DNA of 64,000 bases from Octopus vulgaris (lineage: Eukaryota). Both the position numbers and the translations under genes were made by a program. Below are positions 42,521-56,719 of this stretch, in pieces. The DNA is taken from contig OX597817.1 in NCBI GenBank assembly GCA_951406725.2, forward strand, positions 127,844,001-127,908,000. Reading direction: 5' to 3'. The notes under the pieces are model-generated. The model did no database searches. It was not told the DNA's origin and saw only the letters and a program-made list of their open reading frames with translations. Each line of letters opens with the position of its first letter. Position 1 is the first letter of the stretch.

Positions 42521-44989
42521 AAAAAGATATGCCTCAAATCATATTCTATTCTTTGTAAAAGTGTAATGAAACAGTGCGGAATATAAGATATTCAGTAATA
42601 CTTGATGGTCACCGTAAGACCGCCTTGGACTATAGATCTGGAAGATGGGGGCTGACTTGGCGCTAATATCAAGAACCATAGCTACTGATACTGATGCAGA
42701 TTTTGCTGCTCCACCAACTTTTTCTTATTTTTTTATCATCCAATCAGTTGCCTTGCAGTACTAACAGCTTACATTGTCCTTTGTCATTCATCGATGTTGT
42801 ATTAATTTACTGTTTCTTGCTTTTTCCCCCCATATTTTTGGAAGTTCCGAATGTGTTTTCTCTTCACGGCAACAAATCGTACAAGAATAACTAACCAAGC
42901 AAACATGACTTTCACCATGCCACGACTGGTCGGATTCGCAGATTTTCGATCATTCAGGGTAGTGGTAGTGAATTCACAAGAGCATTGGTTTCCTGTGGTA
43001 ATTGTTCTTTGCAGCCTGAAATCAAATCCCAACGATGTCAATTTAGCCAGCTCAACAGTTTCTGGTCGATAGATAATGTATCATTCAATTATTGGTCATG
43101 ACTCGTACATTCTCTCTCTCTCACACACACACACACACACTCTCTCTCTCTCCCTCTCATTCCCTCATATATATATATATATATATACCTTACCCACTCT
43201 CTCATTATTGGCTATAACAAACGAGATTATGCCTTGTGAAAAACAATCATATGAAAATAATGGAGGAAAGATCGTTATGTATATAAATCTTCACCACACA
43301 CTGAAAGATAGTGAAGAAAAGACATTCACTGACTCCCACTGCTGGCGAAAACGATGCGATTCATAGGTTGCTCGAACTTGATTAGGTTATTGCCTCCAAG
43401 AAAACAAAAGTTTTTTTCTGCGGCGCTGGACCTGACTATCTCCTCTAACTGCTCGCATGATAATGAATTCTGCTAAAGCGTAAGTATACAACGGATAGGA
43501 TGGTGGTGTTAAATCAGGTACTGAACCATGCTTTATTGAATGACATTGTGGACTCAGACTTTGGGACTAATATCTGAGAGGGTGAAGATTTGCATATTTT
43601 GGAAATATAATTCATTAACCAAATATTTATTTTCAGTTGGTGCAATATGAACGCATTGCAAAAATGTTTGTTAAAAAGTACAAAGTCCTCGCAATGACTC
43701 CAAGTTGTGGTATCTTGGGAGAGCGTTATTTTCTATTGTCTCGCATCGACCCATAACGTGTAAGTAAAATTGGCTGAGCAGAAACAGCTTAAAACCCGTT
43801 GCATTGATTGCGCATGTAAGTCAAAGAGAATAGCCATGTCACATACTATTTCATGCTGATTTTGCGTATGAATTACAATAAGAGTCACATGTCTTTTTCG
43901 CTTGAATGCTTAGATATTTACATTTTAATTTCCAGGTGTTGGTTATTCAGTTGAATCATCGTCGTCAGACGACGGAGATTCACCAACATCTCTTTTATTC
44001 GAAGGTGTAAATATGACGAGTGAAACGTTAATAGTCTAAATATCTAAAAAGTAGTCCATGTAAGATATTTCAAATATTTAGAAAAGAGCGATGTTGCAAA
44101 CAAGAGTAAAAATCGGTGAATCAGATATCAAAATGAAATAATTATGCAATAAATACCTGTTTAAAAAGCCACCACCCAGCTTAGTTTCTATCCTAACCAT
44201 AATTCTGCAGTGCATCGAAGGTACGACAGCTGGAAGAAGAGACAACTGCATTGCTACTGAACAGCTCTAATCACAAGTGACTGAATAGATCCACACGAAA
44301 TGAACTACCTTGCTTAAGAGGACAACACACACCCTGATGCAGGAATCAACATGACGACGTTATCATCGTAATAGTATGCTAAATACTTTAATAAACAAGA
44401 TTTGTACCTTTCCTCCCCACCTAAACACGCGCACATACACACACATACATACACATTATGAGTGAGCATATAATTCATCGAAAGTTGTTAAATCGACAAG
44501 CCGGCTCTATACGATTGAAGCACCTTCAGAAAACTTACCGTAACGAGTTATTGATATTCACTCTTTAATTGCCACCAGAAGTGTATTAATCCTCTGATCA
44601 GTACGTAGAAAAGTTGTAACCAATAAAATTATGGTTCCCCAATTGCTATATAAACTATATAAATTCTTCAAAAAATATGAGTGCATTTAAAATATTTATA
44701 TAACCATGTATTAGATATTGATTGCATGTGCAGTGTTGCTGCATAATTCATAAGCTTGCTTGCCAACACGAGGTTCGGTGTTCCATGATATTATGTAGCA
44801 TCTTAGGAAACTATCTCTTCTGTAGTTTCTGCTACAACCGTACTTTGTCGGGGAAACTGAGTAAGGGAAAGTTATACAGTAGCCCACCAGGTGGATTTTG
44901 GCCGTAACTTAACGGGTGCAGTCTCGTCACATAGTGTATGACCCACATTCTGTCAAAACATTATGTTACGAATACAACTCTTTCATTCT

Positions 44990-45178
44990 GTTATCTTTTA
45001 CTTGTTTCAGTCATTACGGTATGGCCATGTTGGGGCACCGCCTTGAAGAAGTGACCATGTACTTATCTTTTTGAGGCCTGCTACATATTCTATCTGTCTC
45101 TTTTGCTGAACATCTACGTTAAGGGAACGTAAACACACCAACAGCGGTTGTCAAGCGGTAATGTGAGACAGACAGACA

Positions 45179-45213
<35 letters not shown>

Positions 45214-45257
45214 CATATATGTGTGTGTGTGTGTATGTATGTATATATGTATGTATG

Positions 45258-45291
<34 letters not shown>

Positions 45292-45510
45292 TGTATGTAT
45301 GTATGTATGTATGTATGTATGTGTGTGTGAGAGAGAGAGTATACAATATATATATGCGATGGGCTTCTTTCGGTTTCCGTCAAAAAAATCTATTCACAAG
45401 GCTTTAGTCGGCCCAAGGCTACAGTAGAAAACACTCTCCAAATGTCTCAAGCAGTGGAACTGAATTCAAAACAATGTAATTAGAAAGCAAGCTTCTTACC
45501 ACACACCCAC
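44990..45510 (-). mobile_element. SINE family B with expanded internal microsatellite
   Basis: Reverse complement of 48182-48590 with a long (TATG)n/(CA)n middle. Confidence 0.8.
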
Positions 45511-45974
45511 GACTACCCCTCTCTCTAGAATACTCAGTCCTTTTCACATGAATTCAGGAGATAAAGATACAGTGCTCGAACAACTGTATCTGATCTTCAA
45601 ACAACTGAGATCCACTACCTGCACGACTATCACATAACGAGATTGCTACGATAAAACTGTGACCTCAGCAGGAAAAACAAACAAATAACGAAAATATTGT
45701 TTTATTAGCAGTATTAATATTATCATTGTAGTATTAGTTTATATTGCTACAAATGCCTGAAAGATACAATATGTCTGAACAACAGTGAAGGTAAAGAGGT
45801 TGCAATAACAGTATTGCTATTTCCCAGAATACCTTATAAATGCTTGAACTTTAACTTTACATGCATTGCCTAATATGATTTTATGTATCTAACTTATTAA
45901 CATGCGAGACACATTCACTCAAGAATAAATGTCTTATAATATCATCCATTCAGGATTAAATATAACATATTATA

Positions 45975-46077
<103 letters not shown>

Positions 46078-47215
46078 TGTATGTATGTATGGATGGATGG
46101 ATGGATGGATCTATGTAAATGTATATATATATATACACACACACGATTGTTAAATTTCTTTTAACCCTGCTTCTCTTGCATTATCAGAACAGATGAAGGT
46201 CAAAATTATATTTACTGTAGAGTGAAGCATTTATAAGTAAATTAAAAAGATTTATATATGGTATGATTAGATAAATTTCGTGCAGCTTCTCTGACGGCAA
46301 CGGCAATGTACGCTTATTGTAACTTAAATAATACTTTTACCGTATATATTTGCGCGAGTGTATGTGTGTGCGTGTGTGTATGTGTGTGTGTGCGCGTTTA
46401 ACGTACTGTGTCGTGATGATACGATCAACAACAAAGTACCCCGTCTAGTGAGAGATAAATATTTAAGAAACACAATATGTTTTCATGTGCTGCTGTTAGT
46501 TTCATGTTCATAGAACATGCCAGAGAATCGTTTTTAACATATCTGGGTTCCTAGCACAATCATCAGGCACTCCTCACATGGTGTAGCAAGCTAGATTTGT
46601 TATGCTATGTGGGCAGTGCCTGATGATTGGCGGGGGATATCTTCTAGCAGACTTAGTGTATTTGTCTACTACTAGAATCTTTTTCCATGACAAAATACAG
46701 TGAATTACTTTCTTACTGGATCGAATATGTTTCAATCATTTATGAACAAATAACACGTTAATGTATGAAATGATATATAATGTACACAAGATGATGCATT
46801 TCTATGAATGAGAGAGAAACAATGTGTGCGCTGTACGTATGGGAGTGTATGTGTATGAGAAATTGAATGTGTGTGTATGTGATTGTTCTGTATCTGTGTG
46901 AGTGAGTGAGAGGGACAGAGAAAGTGTATATGAATATGCTGTATATATGGGAGAGACACTGAGTGTACTGTATGCATGTATGTGTGCCATATGTGTGTGA
47001 GATACCCTGTGTGTGCACGCACGCTATGTGTATATCGATGTGTATGCATGTTGTGTATATGTGAGAGAATGTGAGAGAGAGAGTGCATGTGTGTATGTGT
47101 GCTGTACGTATGTGCATGAGATTGTGTACGTGTAATGTATATGTGTGTGTGATGTATGAGTGTGAGACAGAGAGTATATGTGTGCGTATGTGTCTGCGTG
47201 TGTGTGTATGTGTGC

Positions 47216-47282
<67 letters not shown>

Positions 47283-47364
47283 ATAGAGACTGTGTTTTTG
47301 TAAAATACTGTTGAAACAAGAATGAAAATGTTAACTGTTTCTTTTTCAATGCTTCTAGTTTCGA

Positions 47365-47567
47365 AGGCGGAAACGTTAGCACGCCGGGTGAAATGCCTAA
47401 CGGTATTTTGTCTGTCTTTACGTTCTGAGTTCAAATTCAGCCGAGGTCGACTTAACCTTTCATTCTTTCGGAGTCGATAAATTAAGTACCAGTTGCTTAT
47501 TGGGGTCGATCTAATCGACTGGCCTCCTCCCCCAAAATTTCGGGCCTTGTGCCTAGATTAGAAAAGA
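47365..47567 (+). mobile_element. tRNA-derived SINE family A (Meta-domain-like), well preserved
   Basis: GGCGGAAACGTTAGCAC A-box-like head, GAGTTCAAATTC B-box, GTCGACTTAACCTTTCATTCTTTCGGAGTCGATAAATTAAGTACCAG body; multiple copies in the window. Confidence 0.85.
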
Positions 47568-47922
47568 ATATGAAGAATTAATTCCTCATCTCTTAAATAT
47601 ACTACTGTATCAGAAAAGAATACTTCTAGACCCGATATATAAGTCAAACAAAAAACAAATTATTTACGATACAGGGCACGTACTATTACCTATGAAACCA
47701 ACGTAAAAAGGTGTTAACGAATTTGCCATGACATGCATCTCAACAATTTAAACAAACTCTGTGTGTGAAAATAAGAGCAAGAGAGAAAGAGGGAGAAATC
47801 TACATGTGTGTGAGAGAGAGAGAGAAAGAAAGTGTGTGTGTGTGTGTGTGTGTGTGTTAGCTGTGGGGAGAGAGAAAGAGAGAAAGACTGAGAGTGTGAA
47901 AGAGAAAGAGAGACGATGAGAA

Positions 47923-47955
<33 letters not shown>

Positions 47956-48181
47956 GACGATGTGTAATTGGAAAGCCATGGTAGATTTTACTAATGAGTG
48001 TGCATGAAAAATAATTGTATTCGAATATTTTCAACGCTACAGACAATTGTTTTTTTACTGCATCAGAATATTATCTAAAAAGAGATATGAAACCTATTGT
48101 GGTATAGTATAAACTGTGTCCGAAATAGCCAATGTACAAACAATTTTCCCTTAGGCTACGCTTTTAATATTATACATATAT

Positions 48182-48590
48182 AGGCGCAGGAGTGGCTGTG
48201 TAGTAAGTAGCTTGTTTACCAACCACATGGTTCTGGGTTCAGTCCCACTGCGTGGCACCTTGGGCAAGTGTCTTCTGCTATAGCCCCGGGCCGACCAAAG
48301 CCTTGTGAGTGGATTTGGCAGACGGAAACTGAAAAGAAGCCCGTCGTATATATGTATATATATATATGCGTGTGTGTGTTTGCGTGTCTGTGTTTGTCCC
48401 CCTAGCATTGTTTGACAACCGATGCTGGTGTGTTTATGTCCCCGTCACTTAGCAGTTCGGCAAAAGAGACCGATAGAATAAGTACTGGGCTTACAAAAGA
48501 ATAAGTCCTGGGGTCGAGTTGCTCGACTAAAGGCGGTGCTCCAGCATGGCCGCAGTCAAATGACTGAAACAAGTAAAAGAGTAAAAGAGT
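48182..48590 (+). mobile_element. tRNA-derived SINE family B (CORE-like), full length
   Basis: GTGGCTGTGTAGT A-box, GGTTCAGTCCC B-box, CCTTGGGCAAGT CORE-like motif, internal TA/TG tract, (GTAAAAGA)n tail. Confidence 0.9.
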
Positions 48591-48639
48591 AAAGAGTATA
48601 TATAAGCAGATCGTTATAGTTTGTTTGATATTGGTTTCG

Positions 48640-48810
48640 AATTTTAGCACAAGGCCAGCAATTCTAGGGAAGGGCGTAAATTGTTTACATTGCCCCCAGC
48701 ACTCGACTGTTACTGTTTTTTTTAACGACCACGAAATGTTAAACGACAAAGTTGACCTCGGCGGAATTCGAACACAGTACTTTAAGGCGGACGAAATACC
48801 GCTAAGCAAA
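48640..48810 (-). mobile_element. SINE family A
   Basis: AAAGTTGACCTCGGCGGAATTCGAAC..GGACGAAATACCGCTAAGCA is the reverse complement of the family A head. Confidence 0.75.
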
Positions 48811-49810
48811 CTAAGTCACCACCTTGGTTTTTCTTGATATAGAAAAGTAAATAAAGGCGGAGAATATATCGCAATTAATAATGAACCGATTCCTTCTTTG
48901 TTTGTGGTTTCGTCGACTATCTAACAATTAATAAGTATTTAATTCAGTCTCCACATTGTAAAAAGCTCTTAATCTAAATTTATAATTCGAACGCGCGTGT
49001 GTGCGTACTTTTGTGAGAATGTTTACGCTTACGCGTATCTTTCATCTTTTGGAAGTAAATGATGGTCAGTTTGCGTTCACGTAAGTTACCGGAACAGCAA
49101 TTAGGAAACTAAAACAAATAGTAAACTTTAAATATAAGCACTGAGGTAAACTTTTATCAACCAATCCCTTCAAATTAATTGCCAAGCGAGGCTGTATTTC
49201 AATGACAGAAGCAAACGAATAAAAGACTATGTAGATGGTGATAAAATTCCCTTTCATATTTTCCTATGTCGGTCAGAAACCGAGGTCAGTCGAAGTCGCG
49301 TCAGTCTCTTCATAGATGACATATTACTCTCTCTCCCCTCTCTCCCTCGTCTTTTCTTCCCTTCTCTCCTCCTATCTCCCCTCCCTCTCTCCTTCTCTTT
49401 TTCTACTTCAGACCTTCCAGCTGTTCCACATAGTCTTCACACAACTCCCTACTTCATTTGTTAAACACCCAGACCTCTTTTCCTTCCTTGAACGTCATGG
49501 TTCTGCAGCTCCGAATTGGCTAGACGTCTTGCTTGTTTTCGTCTTTGTCCACCCACTAAACGACTTGTCTTGAATTACATTTATTTGATATTTGTATGTC
49601 CACTTTCTGTATTTCTTTATTTATTGTCTCTTTCTTCACTTTCTTTCATGTTTGGTCCGTTATTCGTTGGTTCGCCATCTCCCAGCGGCTTTTTGCTGTC
49701 GGCGCCACCAGAAGGGAAATAATATTACTACTGAAGTTGCATTAGACTTTGACCAATAATTGATGAGGATTTACTTACCGTCTATCCATGTTATATATAT
49801 ATATATATAT

Positions 49811-49926
<116 letters not shown>

Positions 49927-49969
49927 CATATATATATATATTGTGTGTGTGTTAGAATGAGACCTTTCT

Positions 49970-50140
49970 TGGGTGTCGCCTTTAAAACATTAACCGATTG
50001 TTTCGACCCCACTAAGCTTTTTAAGCCCAGTACTTATTCTATCGGGCCCTATACTCAACTGCTAGGTTACGGGGACATAACCACACCAACACCGTTGATC
50101 AACACGTTGTAACACAGACACAAAAATCACAATCCCACAC
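49970..50140 (-). mobile_element. SINE family B, 3' part
   Basis: AAGCCCAGTACTTATTCTATCGG..GTTACGGGGACATAA..CACCAACACCG. Confidence 0.7.
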
Positions 50141-50210
50141 GCACAAACATATACATATATATATATATATATATATACTCAAAATAAGCAACAAGGATAT
50201 CCAAAGGTAG

Positions 50211-50298
50211 CGTAGTACGATCGTTTCATGCTACTTCATTTAATTAAACGATGTAAGTATTACATCAGTTTTAAAATATAGAGCACTCTTCAGCCACA
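50211..50298 (-). ncRNA. Type I hammerhead ribozyme with intact core and extended helix II
   Basis: UGUGG-CUGAAGA-GUGCU(~49 nt incl. GAUGUAA/UUACAUC hairpin)AGCAU-GAAA-CGAUCG-UA-CUACG; palindromic ACGAUCGU helix III; GUA cleavage triplet. Confidence 0.8.
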
Positions 50299-50955
50299 TA
50301 GGGAATTTTTTAAATTAAATTGACAATGTTCATTTTTATACCTATTCCATTTGCCAACATTACAAAGAGGGTAGGTATATAGACAGGGAGATGAATTTCG
50401 TCAGTAAAAACATAGTAGTAGAAAATCTTTACTTATGGGCAGATTTTTTATCACGGAGTTCACTTTGTTATTTAGATTTACCAATGGGGAGGGGGTTTTC
50501 TATTAAGTTCAGTGGAGACAATCAAGAATTTTTCTTTTTTTTTTTTGAGGAAGGGACAGTTTAATTGGCAGAGCCAGAAATCCAACCCTTTTATGAGGAA
50601 TTTAACTTTGGTACATTTCAATGTATTTTAGCTAAAGTTAGTAGGCAGAAGTTAGTGGGGCAGGGAGAATAAAGACTTCTAATGCCCTTAATCATTTAAC
50701 AGCCATAATCCTACTGGTGATTTTAAATAAATATCTTTTATATAGTTTTTTCCAAAAGGATTCTAATAAATTTTAGTATCTTATATAGGGATGGGGAGTA
50801 TAGAAATCATTTCATATTTATAAAAATATATATATCAGATTATTATTAATATAGATTTATAGTTAGTTAGTAAATAGTAATTTATTTGCATTAATGAGAT
50901 AAATTAAAGGAATATGCAAGACATATAATTTATATCCTGTAAAAAAAAAAGTATA

Positions 50956-51219
50956 GCTACCTCAGGTTTCCTAGTCGAAGCATATAATTGCTCATTTTTC
51001 AAGACCGTTTGTCAATTACCTTTTAAGCAGTTGATGTTTAAATAACGGATGCTGCTTATACGGAAAGAAGACATAAATACTATTTCTTTTTTTCTCTTTC
51101 CTTATGAGCAGCGTCCCTTATTCAGACGTCATGTTCTCAAAAACCAATTGACAAACAGTCTTCCTGGCTTGAAAACTGGTAAAATGAATTAACGTTTCGA
51201 CTCGGAAAACATGGGTAGC
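50956..51219. mobile_element. MITE with imperfect long TIRs
   Basis: GCTACCTCAGGTTTCCTAGTCGAAGC vs reverse complement GCTACCCATGTTTTCCGAGTCGAAAC; inner pair AAGACCGTTTGTCAATT / AATTGACAAACAGTCTT. Confidence 0.7.
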
Positions 51220-51723
51220 ATTATCGAACAAAACTTGTGGTTTTTATTATAACATTTTCTTTACTCTCTAGGATGATCGAGTGTTATCATACCTGCTGAA
51301 ACCTCACCGCATAACATATATTATTTTATCAACATTAACAGCGAGCACCGCGCAAGTACAATAATGGGGCATATAATCCCCTCGACAGAAAAGAAAAACC
51401 TAGGTTTACCCGTACTCGCGGGACACGAACCCACATCTCTTTGCTTTTGCGACCAAGTGTGTTACCGTTACATCAACACACAACCTGTGTGTTTATTAAG
51501 CGAAAACACCTAAAAGCTCCACGAGGCTCCGGCAGGGGGTGGTGATCCCTGCTGTACTCTTTTACTACTCTTTCTCTCACTCTTCTGTTGGCCTGCTCGC
51601 TTAACCAGCGAGGTGGCGTCATTTGAAGGCTAAAATAATGCGAACGCATTGTGACCAGCGATGTGTAGCAACATCTGATCACGTGATATATATATATACA
51701 TAATATAATATATCAAAATTGTT

Positions 51724-51770
51724 CACCACTGAGGATCAGCATGAAGGGCTAGAAACTGGACGGTCTGGTG
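51724..51770 (+). ncRNA. Type I hammerhead ribozyme with canonical core
   Basis: CACCA-CUGAGGA-UCAGC(AUGAAGG)GCUA-GAAA-CU(GGAC)GG-UC-UGGUG; 5-bp helix I, GUC triplet, predicted cleavage after 51765. Confidence 0.8.
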
Positions 51771-51974
51771 GTCCCGTCGTCTGCTAGAAGATGGTGGGAG
51801 TTGGTTCCCGTGCCTGCAATATAAATCTAGTGTAGATTGTATCGATAACCAGCTGGAGGAGGCTCCTTCTGTGGTTAAAAGCTGTAGTAATGTCCGTTCC
51901 TACGTATTGAAGTGGCGATAAACATTACTTCTCAGTATAGTTATCGCTCTCAACTATATATATATATATAATAA

Positions 51975-52200
51975 ATGCGCCCTTTTAAAGCCTAGCCAGG
52001 CTCAGGGACCCGGTTTCCCGGTTTCAATGGCGTATGTATTCCGCAGCTGGACGGCACGCCAGTCCATCGCAGCATTACTCATTTTTGCCAGCTGAGGGGA
52101 CTGGAGCAACGTGAAATGAAGTGTTTTGCTCAAGAACACAATGCGTCGCTCGGTCCAGGAATCGAAAACACAATCTTACGATCATGAGCTACGCGCCTCC
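51975..52200 (-). mobile_element. SINE family C
   Basis: GACTGGAGCAACGTGAAATGAAGTGTTTTGCTCAAGAACACAA..GGAATCGAAA is the reverse complement of the family C head and body. Confidence 0.75.
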
Positions 52201-55200
52201 ATATATATATATATATATTCATGAAGTGTGACCGTATGAATATTACATACATATATATACATGTACGTTTTTGTGTTCGTACGATGACATGCCATGCACT
52301 CCCCGTTTACCAAATTTCATTCACTGCATTTTAGCGAACAACAAACTGTGGGTGACACTGACTTGGGAAGAACTCGAAACTACGGAATCTTCCTATTCTA
52401 ACAACCGTAGATACATGCGACGATATATGCATATGTATCTGTGTGCGCGTGTGCGTGTGTATGTTTGTGTGTGTGTGTGAGTGAGTGTGTGTGTGTGTGT
52501 GTGTCTGTGAGTGTATGTGTGTGCGTGTGTGTGTAAGGGGTGTATGAGGCAATGAGTATCAGAAGAAAACAACACGGAAGGATTCGTTTTAATAAATGTT
52601 AACACACACACACACACACACCCATAAACACACATATACATGATCATAGGCATGTACATACACTATACACGCAGAGGTAGACATTTCTCAAGAGGGTAAG
52701 TTAAATTTAATGATATTCCAAGGAATAAGTTTTGAAGCAATAAGCCAAACAACTAAAATTTTAAATAAATCTTTTCGACAAAACACGCAATCAATCTTCC
52801 ACCGTATCAGTCACATTATCCACAAACCAACTTTTTTTTTCCTTTTTCATGTCTGAGAAGATAACAATATATATATATATCAAATAATATTTATTTACAT
52901 ACCTCTTTACTGTCATAGTAAACGTGTAATTTTAACTTATTTCTGTTTTATACATTTGTTTTGCGAAGTTATCTTTCCTATTTCCTTTTGTTTATTTTCT
53001 GTAAGTTTTGTTCTTACTTGCTATCACGACTGTCCTATGTGAGTGTCAATCAATAGTTTCATATATTTGCATCCTATATGGAAAAGCATGTGTATAGGTG
53101 TATATTTCTAATGTGTTTGTCTAGCGTATATGTTGGTATGCATGGTTTTGTATAAGCATATATGTAAACGTCTGTATCTATATATGTATACATGTGTGTG
53201 AGTTTGTATGTGCATATATATATATATATATATAGATAGATAGATATATAGATGCATACATGTACATTTACATACATATATATATATGCATGTATTTATA
53301 ATAACTATGTATATATATATACATGTATTTATAATAATTATATATAGATATATGTGTTATATATATGTGTGTGTGTGTATGCATGTATATATACATGTAA
53401 CAGCGTATATATACATACATAAATATAAAATTGAATATGTATATTCACGCATACATATGTGTGTTTTGTGGGCTTGTATGTGTGTCTTGTGTACGTGTGC
53501 CTGTGTATACGTGTATTTCTGTGATGCCTTTCTCCTCTTCACAAAGTAAATAAAGAATTCGTCCCGTCTCGTAAACGCAAATTTAATTTGATATGTGAGA
53601 ACGAAACCACAGTAACATTTGCATAATTAAACTTTATTGAAATATCCTGTCTCTTTTAACTAAGATGAACACGGGAGACAGAAATCAATCCTATCCGTTC
53701 GTTTACTCGTTAGTTATTAATAACATATATTATAAACGAAGGATGATATATCGTTTCAGCAGAACGCTAAAACTCAATTTTTAAATAAAGATTATTATAT
53801 TTTATTGTTAATGTTGATAAAAGTTTACGACAAATATACAACATTATATATTAAAATTTAATAACATACAGTTTATTTTGGGTTGTATTGCATTTAAGTT
53901 GAAATGGTTCTGACATTTTGACACAATTTTAAGGAAGACTGTAAGCGCTGTATCTAGTTTTATATGGTTTTATCACACTGCTAAACATGGAAAGTTCATA
54001 TGAATACCTACTGAGAAATGAATGTAGTTTTTCATGCTACTCAGGATGTATAAATTTACAATGTTATCAGTTTCTGCTGAATTTCTTGCTCCCATAGTGG
54101 GTAAAGTTTAGCAACAACAGCAGCCAAATATACATGAACTTACACCCTATGGTGATTTTGAATGATTAATGATATATTGACCTGTACTATTTTAAATATA
54201 TATAAATGAGGGCAGTGATCATATTTGGAATATCATTGAATGTAGGTTATCAACTTATGGTTCATGTGGGGGGAAAAATGACGACCAGTCAAGTATTTCA
54301 TGAAAATGTAAGTTTTGATACTGGCTCATAAATTATTACAAATTTTATAATGACAAAATTCTTACAAATGTTCGGCAAAATGCCTTGTGTTATTTAGTTT
54401 CAACTTCATAAGTTTTGAGTTCAAACCATTCTGACATTCTCTCTCGTTTGTTCGGGGCTAGACATTATTAGAATGGTGAACTGGCAGAATTGTAACTGGA
54501 AAAATTGACTGCCATTTCTAATAGTTTAAAGTGTTCCTACATAGAGACACTTTTATTGGCTTGTATCAGTATTTGATTTCATTGTGAAAGTAGATTCTCA
54601 TGAGAAAGTAGGATAAGAATCAACTCGGTCATTCTCATTGATATTTACTAATACATAACGATTCTTCATGAATTGTCAAATAACAATGAAAAAGGATGAT
54701 TTTCATCACAAAATCATGAGCAAAGCAACATGGGTTCTAATTTGACTGTGGGGTTGTATATAACTACCTATATTCATTGATAAATACCAAACAAATGGAG
54801 TTCTTGGAGCGTCGGATCGAAGTCTTTACAGTATTCGTTCCGGCTCTTTGTGATCTGAGTTAATATTTCGCCGAAGTAAACATTGCCCTTCATTGTTCGG
54901 TGCCCTGCACCTTTCCAGTACAGGAAACGTTTCTGGTTTCACTATTTCTATACTTCTCCTTTTTTCTTCCCCCACTCTCTCTCTTACTCTCTCTCTTTCT
55001 CTTCTTCAGGAAGAAATAGAAAACAAATGGCTGTGGTCACGCCTGAAGATAGATGGGTTCTGCAAGGTATAAATACCCTTGTGTGTGTGCTTCTTTATTC
55101 TTCGAGTCTTTCACTAGTTTCAGTTATGGGATGATGATCATTCTTGGGCATTTCATTCATATGAATATTTCATTATATTGAAGCAAGTGTTTCTAAATTT

Positions 55201-56530
55201 TCTTTAACGTTAAGACAGGATCGAAGGCAGTACCCATTACTTTTTTCCCTTGTCAGAGACTCTGGTTTGAGTAAGGTAGAATAGTATTCTTAATCGGAGA
55301 TCTGGTCGGAATGTTTGCAACTGATTGAACTTCAATATCAGATGGCGTTAATATAGGAAACGCATTATAGCTACCTCTTAAGAAGTCAGGGTACAAAATA
55401 TCGGATAAAAGACGGCATGGAATCTCTTCCAATGTGTCAACACTTACACATCCTTAGACTGGTACCTTATCAACCCTGAAAACACATGCGACACAGTTGA
55501 CTTCGACTGTGCTGATCTTATTGATTTTCCAACCGGCTGATTACATCAAGTAAATCCATGCATGCTTTTAATGTATTCTTTCATCGATTTATTGGTTTTA
55601 TACTTATACCATAGTTATCCTGGGGTACTGCATTCAAGTGTATATAACAAGAACATGTGCTGTTGTCGTTATACACTTGATTGCTACACAGTTTTAATCT
55701 CAGCAACAGGTGGGAAATTGTACAAAGAGTCTAAAAATAACGTAACCAAATCTTGCAAGGCGTTTCTGGAATTTCATCAAATATATGTGAATTTATGGTA
55801 ATATACACAATAAAAATTGTCCAACGGTAATCTGGTATATCGCAAGGAAACAACTGTGTATTAGGTTCATTGTTTCAAATTCATTATTACTTTAGTTGTA
55901 ATTATTGTTGTTTCATGTAGTCCAAATCTCATAGAGATTCCTGCTATCGCCATCCCTCCTTTTTTATATTTTGAACAATGTATTAACAAATATAGCCGTC
56001 TGTTTTTAAGATAGACTTGGTTGCTGTTTCTAGCCGGATGAGTGGTAATGACATTCCCTTCATGGCTTCGATTCTATTCATAGTGAAACGAAAGGACTGG
56101 TAAATGAAAACGTGGATAGACAGGAACCTTAAGAAATATATTTATAATTTCCCAACGCAGTCAATCCATTTCAAACTGTAAGCAATTATACAAAAGAAGT
56201 TTTAAGTGCATACATTTATCCTTTAAAAAAAAATGTAATTTGTACTTCTGTTATTAGAAAATGCTTTTATGTAAACTTGTTATTTTTGAGAAAAAGCAGG
56301 TGTGTGTGAGTGAATGTGATGTATGCTTGTGTCTATCTATGTTTCGCCACTCAAAAATAGTCTGAACTATCTCTAATGTTTCAGCTATCATTTTATTGTT
56401 TGAAAAATAGCTCATCGTTTCTTTTCTGGATTAAGAATCAGGAATATATATGTGGGTGTATGTGTGCTTGTGTGTGAGTTTCTGTGTGTGGCATATGTGT
56501 GTGTGTATACACACTCATCTATCTATGTAT

Positions 56531-56580
<50 letters not shown>

Positions 56581-56719
56581 TCAATAAATGGTGGGGTTGT
56601 GTTGACCGCACGTGGAGAAATGATAAGTAAGGAAAAATTTTTTTAAAAATGCAAAATGCTCAAATGAAAGAAAATTTTAATAAAATGAGAAAATGATAAA
56701 ATATATAAATATATATATT

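Noticed and set aside
42560-43075. Higher-complexity stretch with short ORFs on both strands as a possible host exon
   Set aside because: No recognisable motif or convincing splice pair; cannot be supported without homology or RNA data
47365-48260. A/B-box sequences as tRNA genes
   Set aside because: No cloverleaf; they are heads of multi-copy SINEs
49260-49320. GTCGAAGTCGCGTCAGTC, resembling a hammerhead 3' half
   Set aside because: No upstream CUGANGA, and GAAA is mutated
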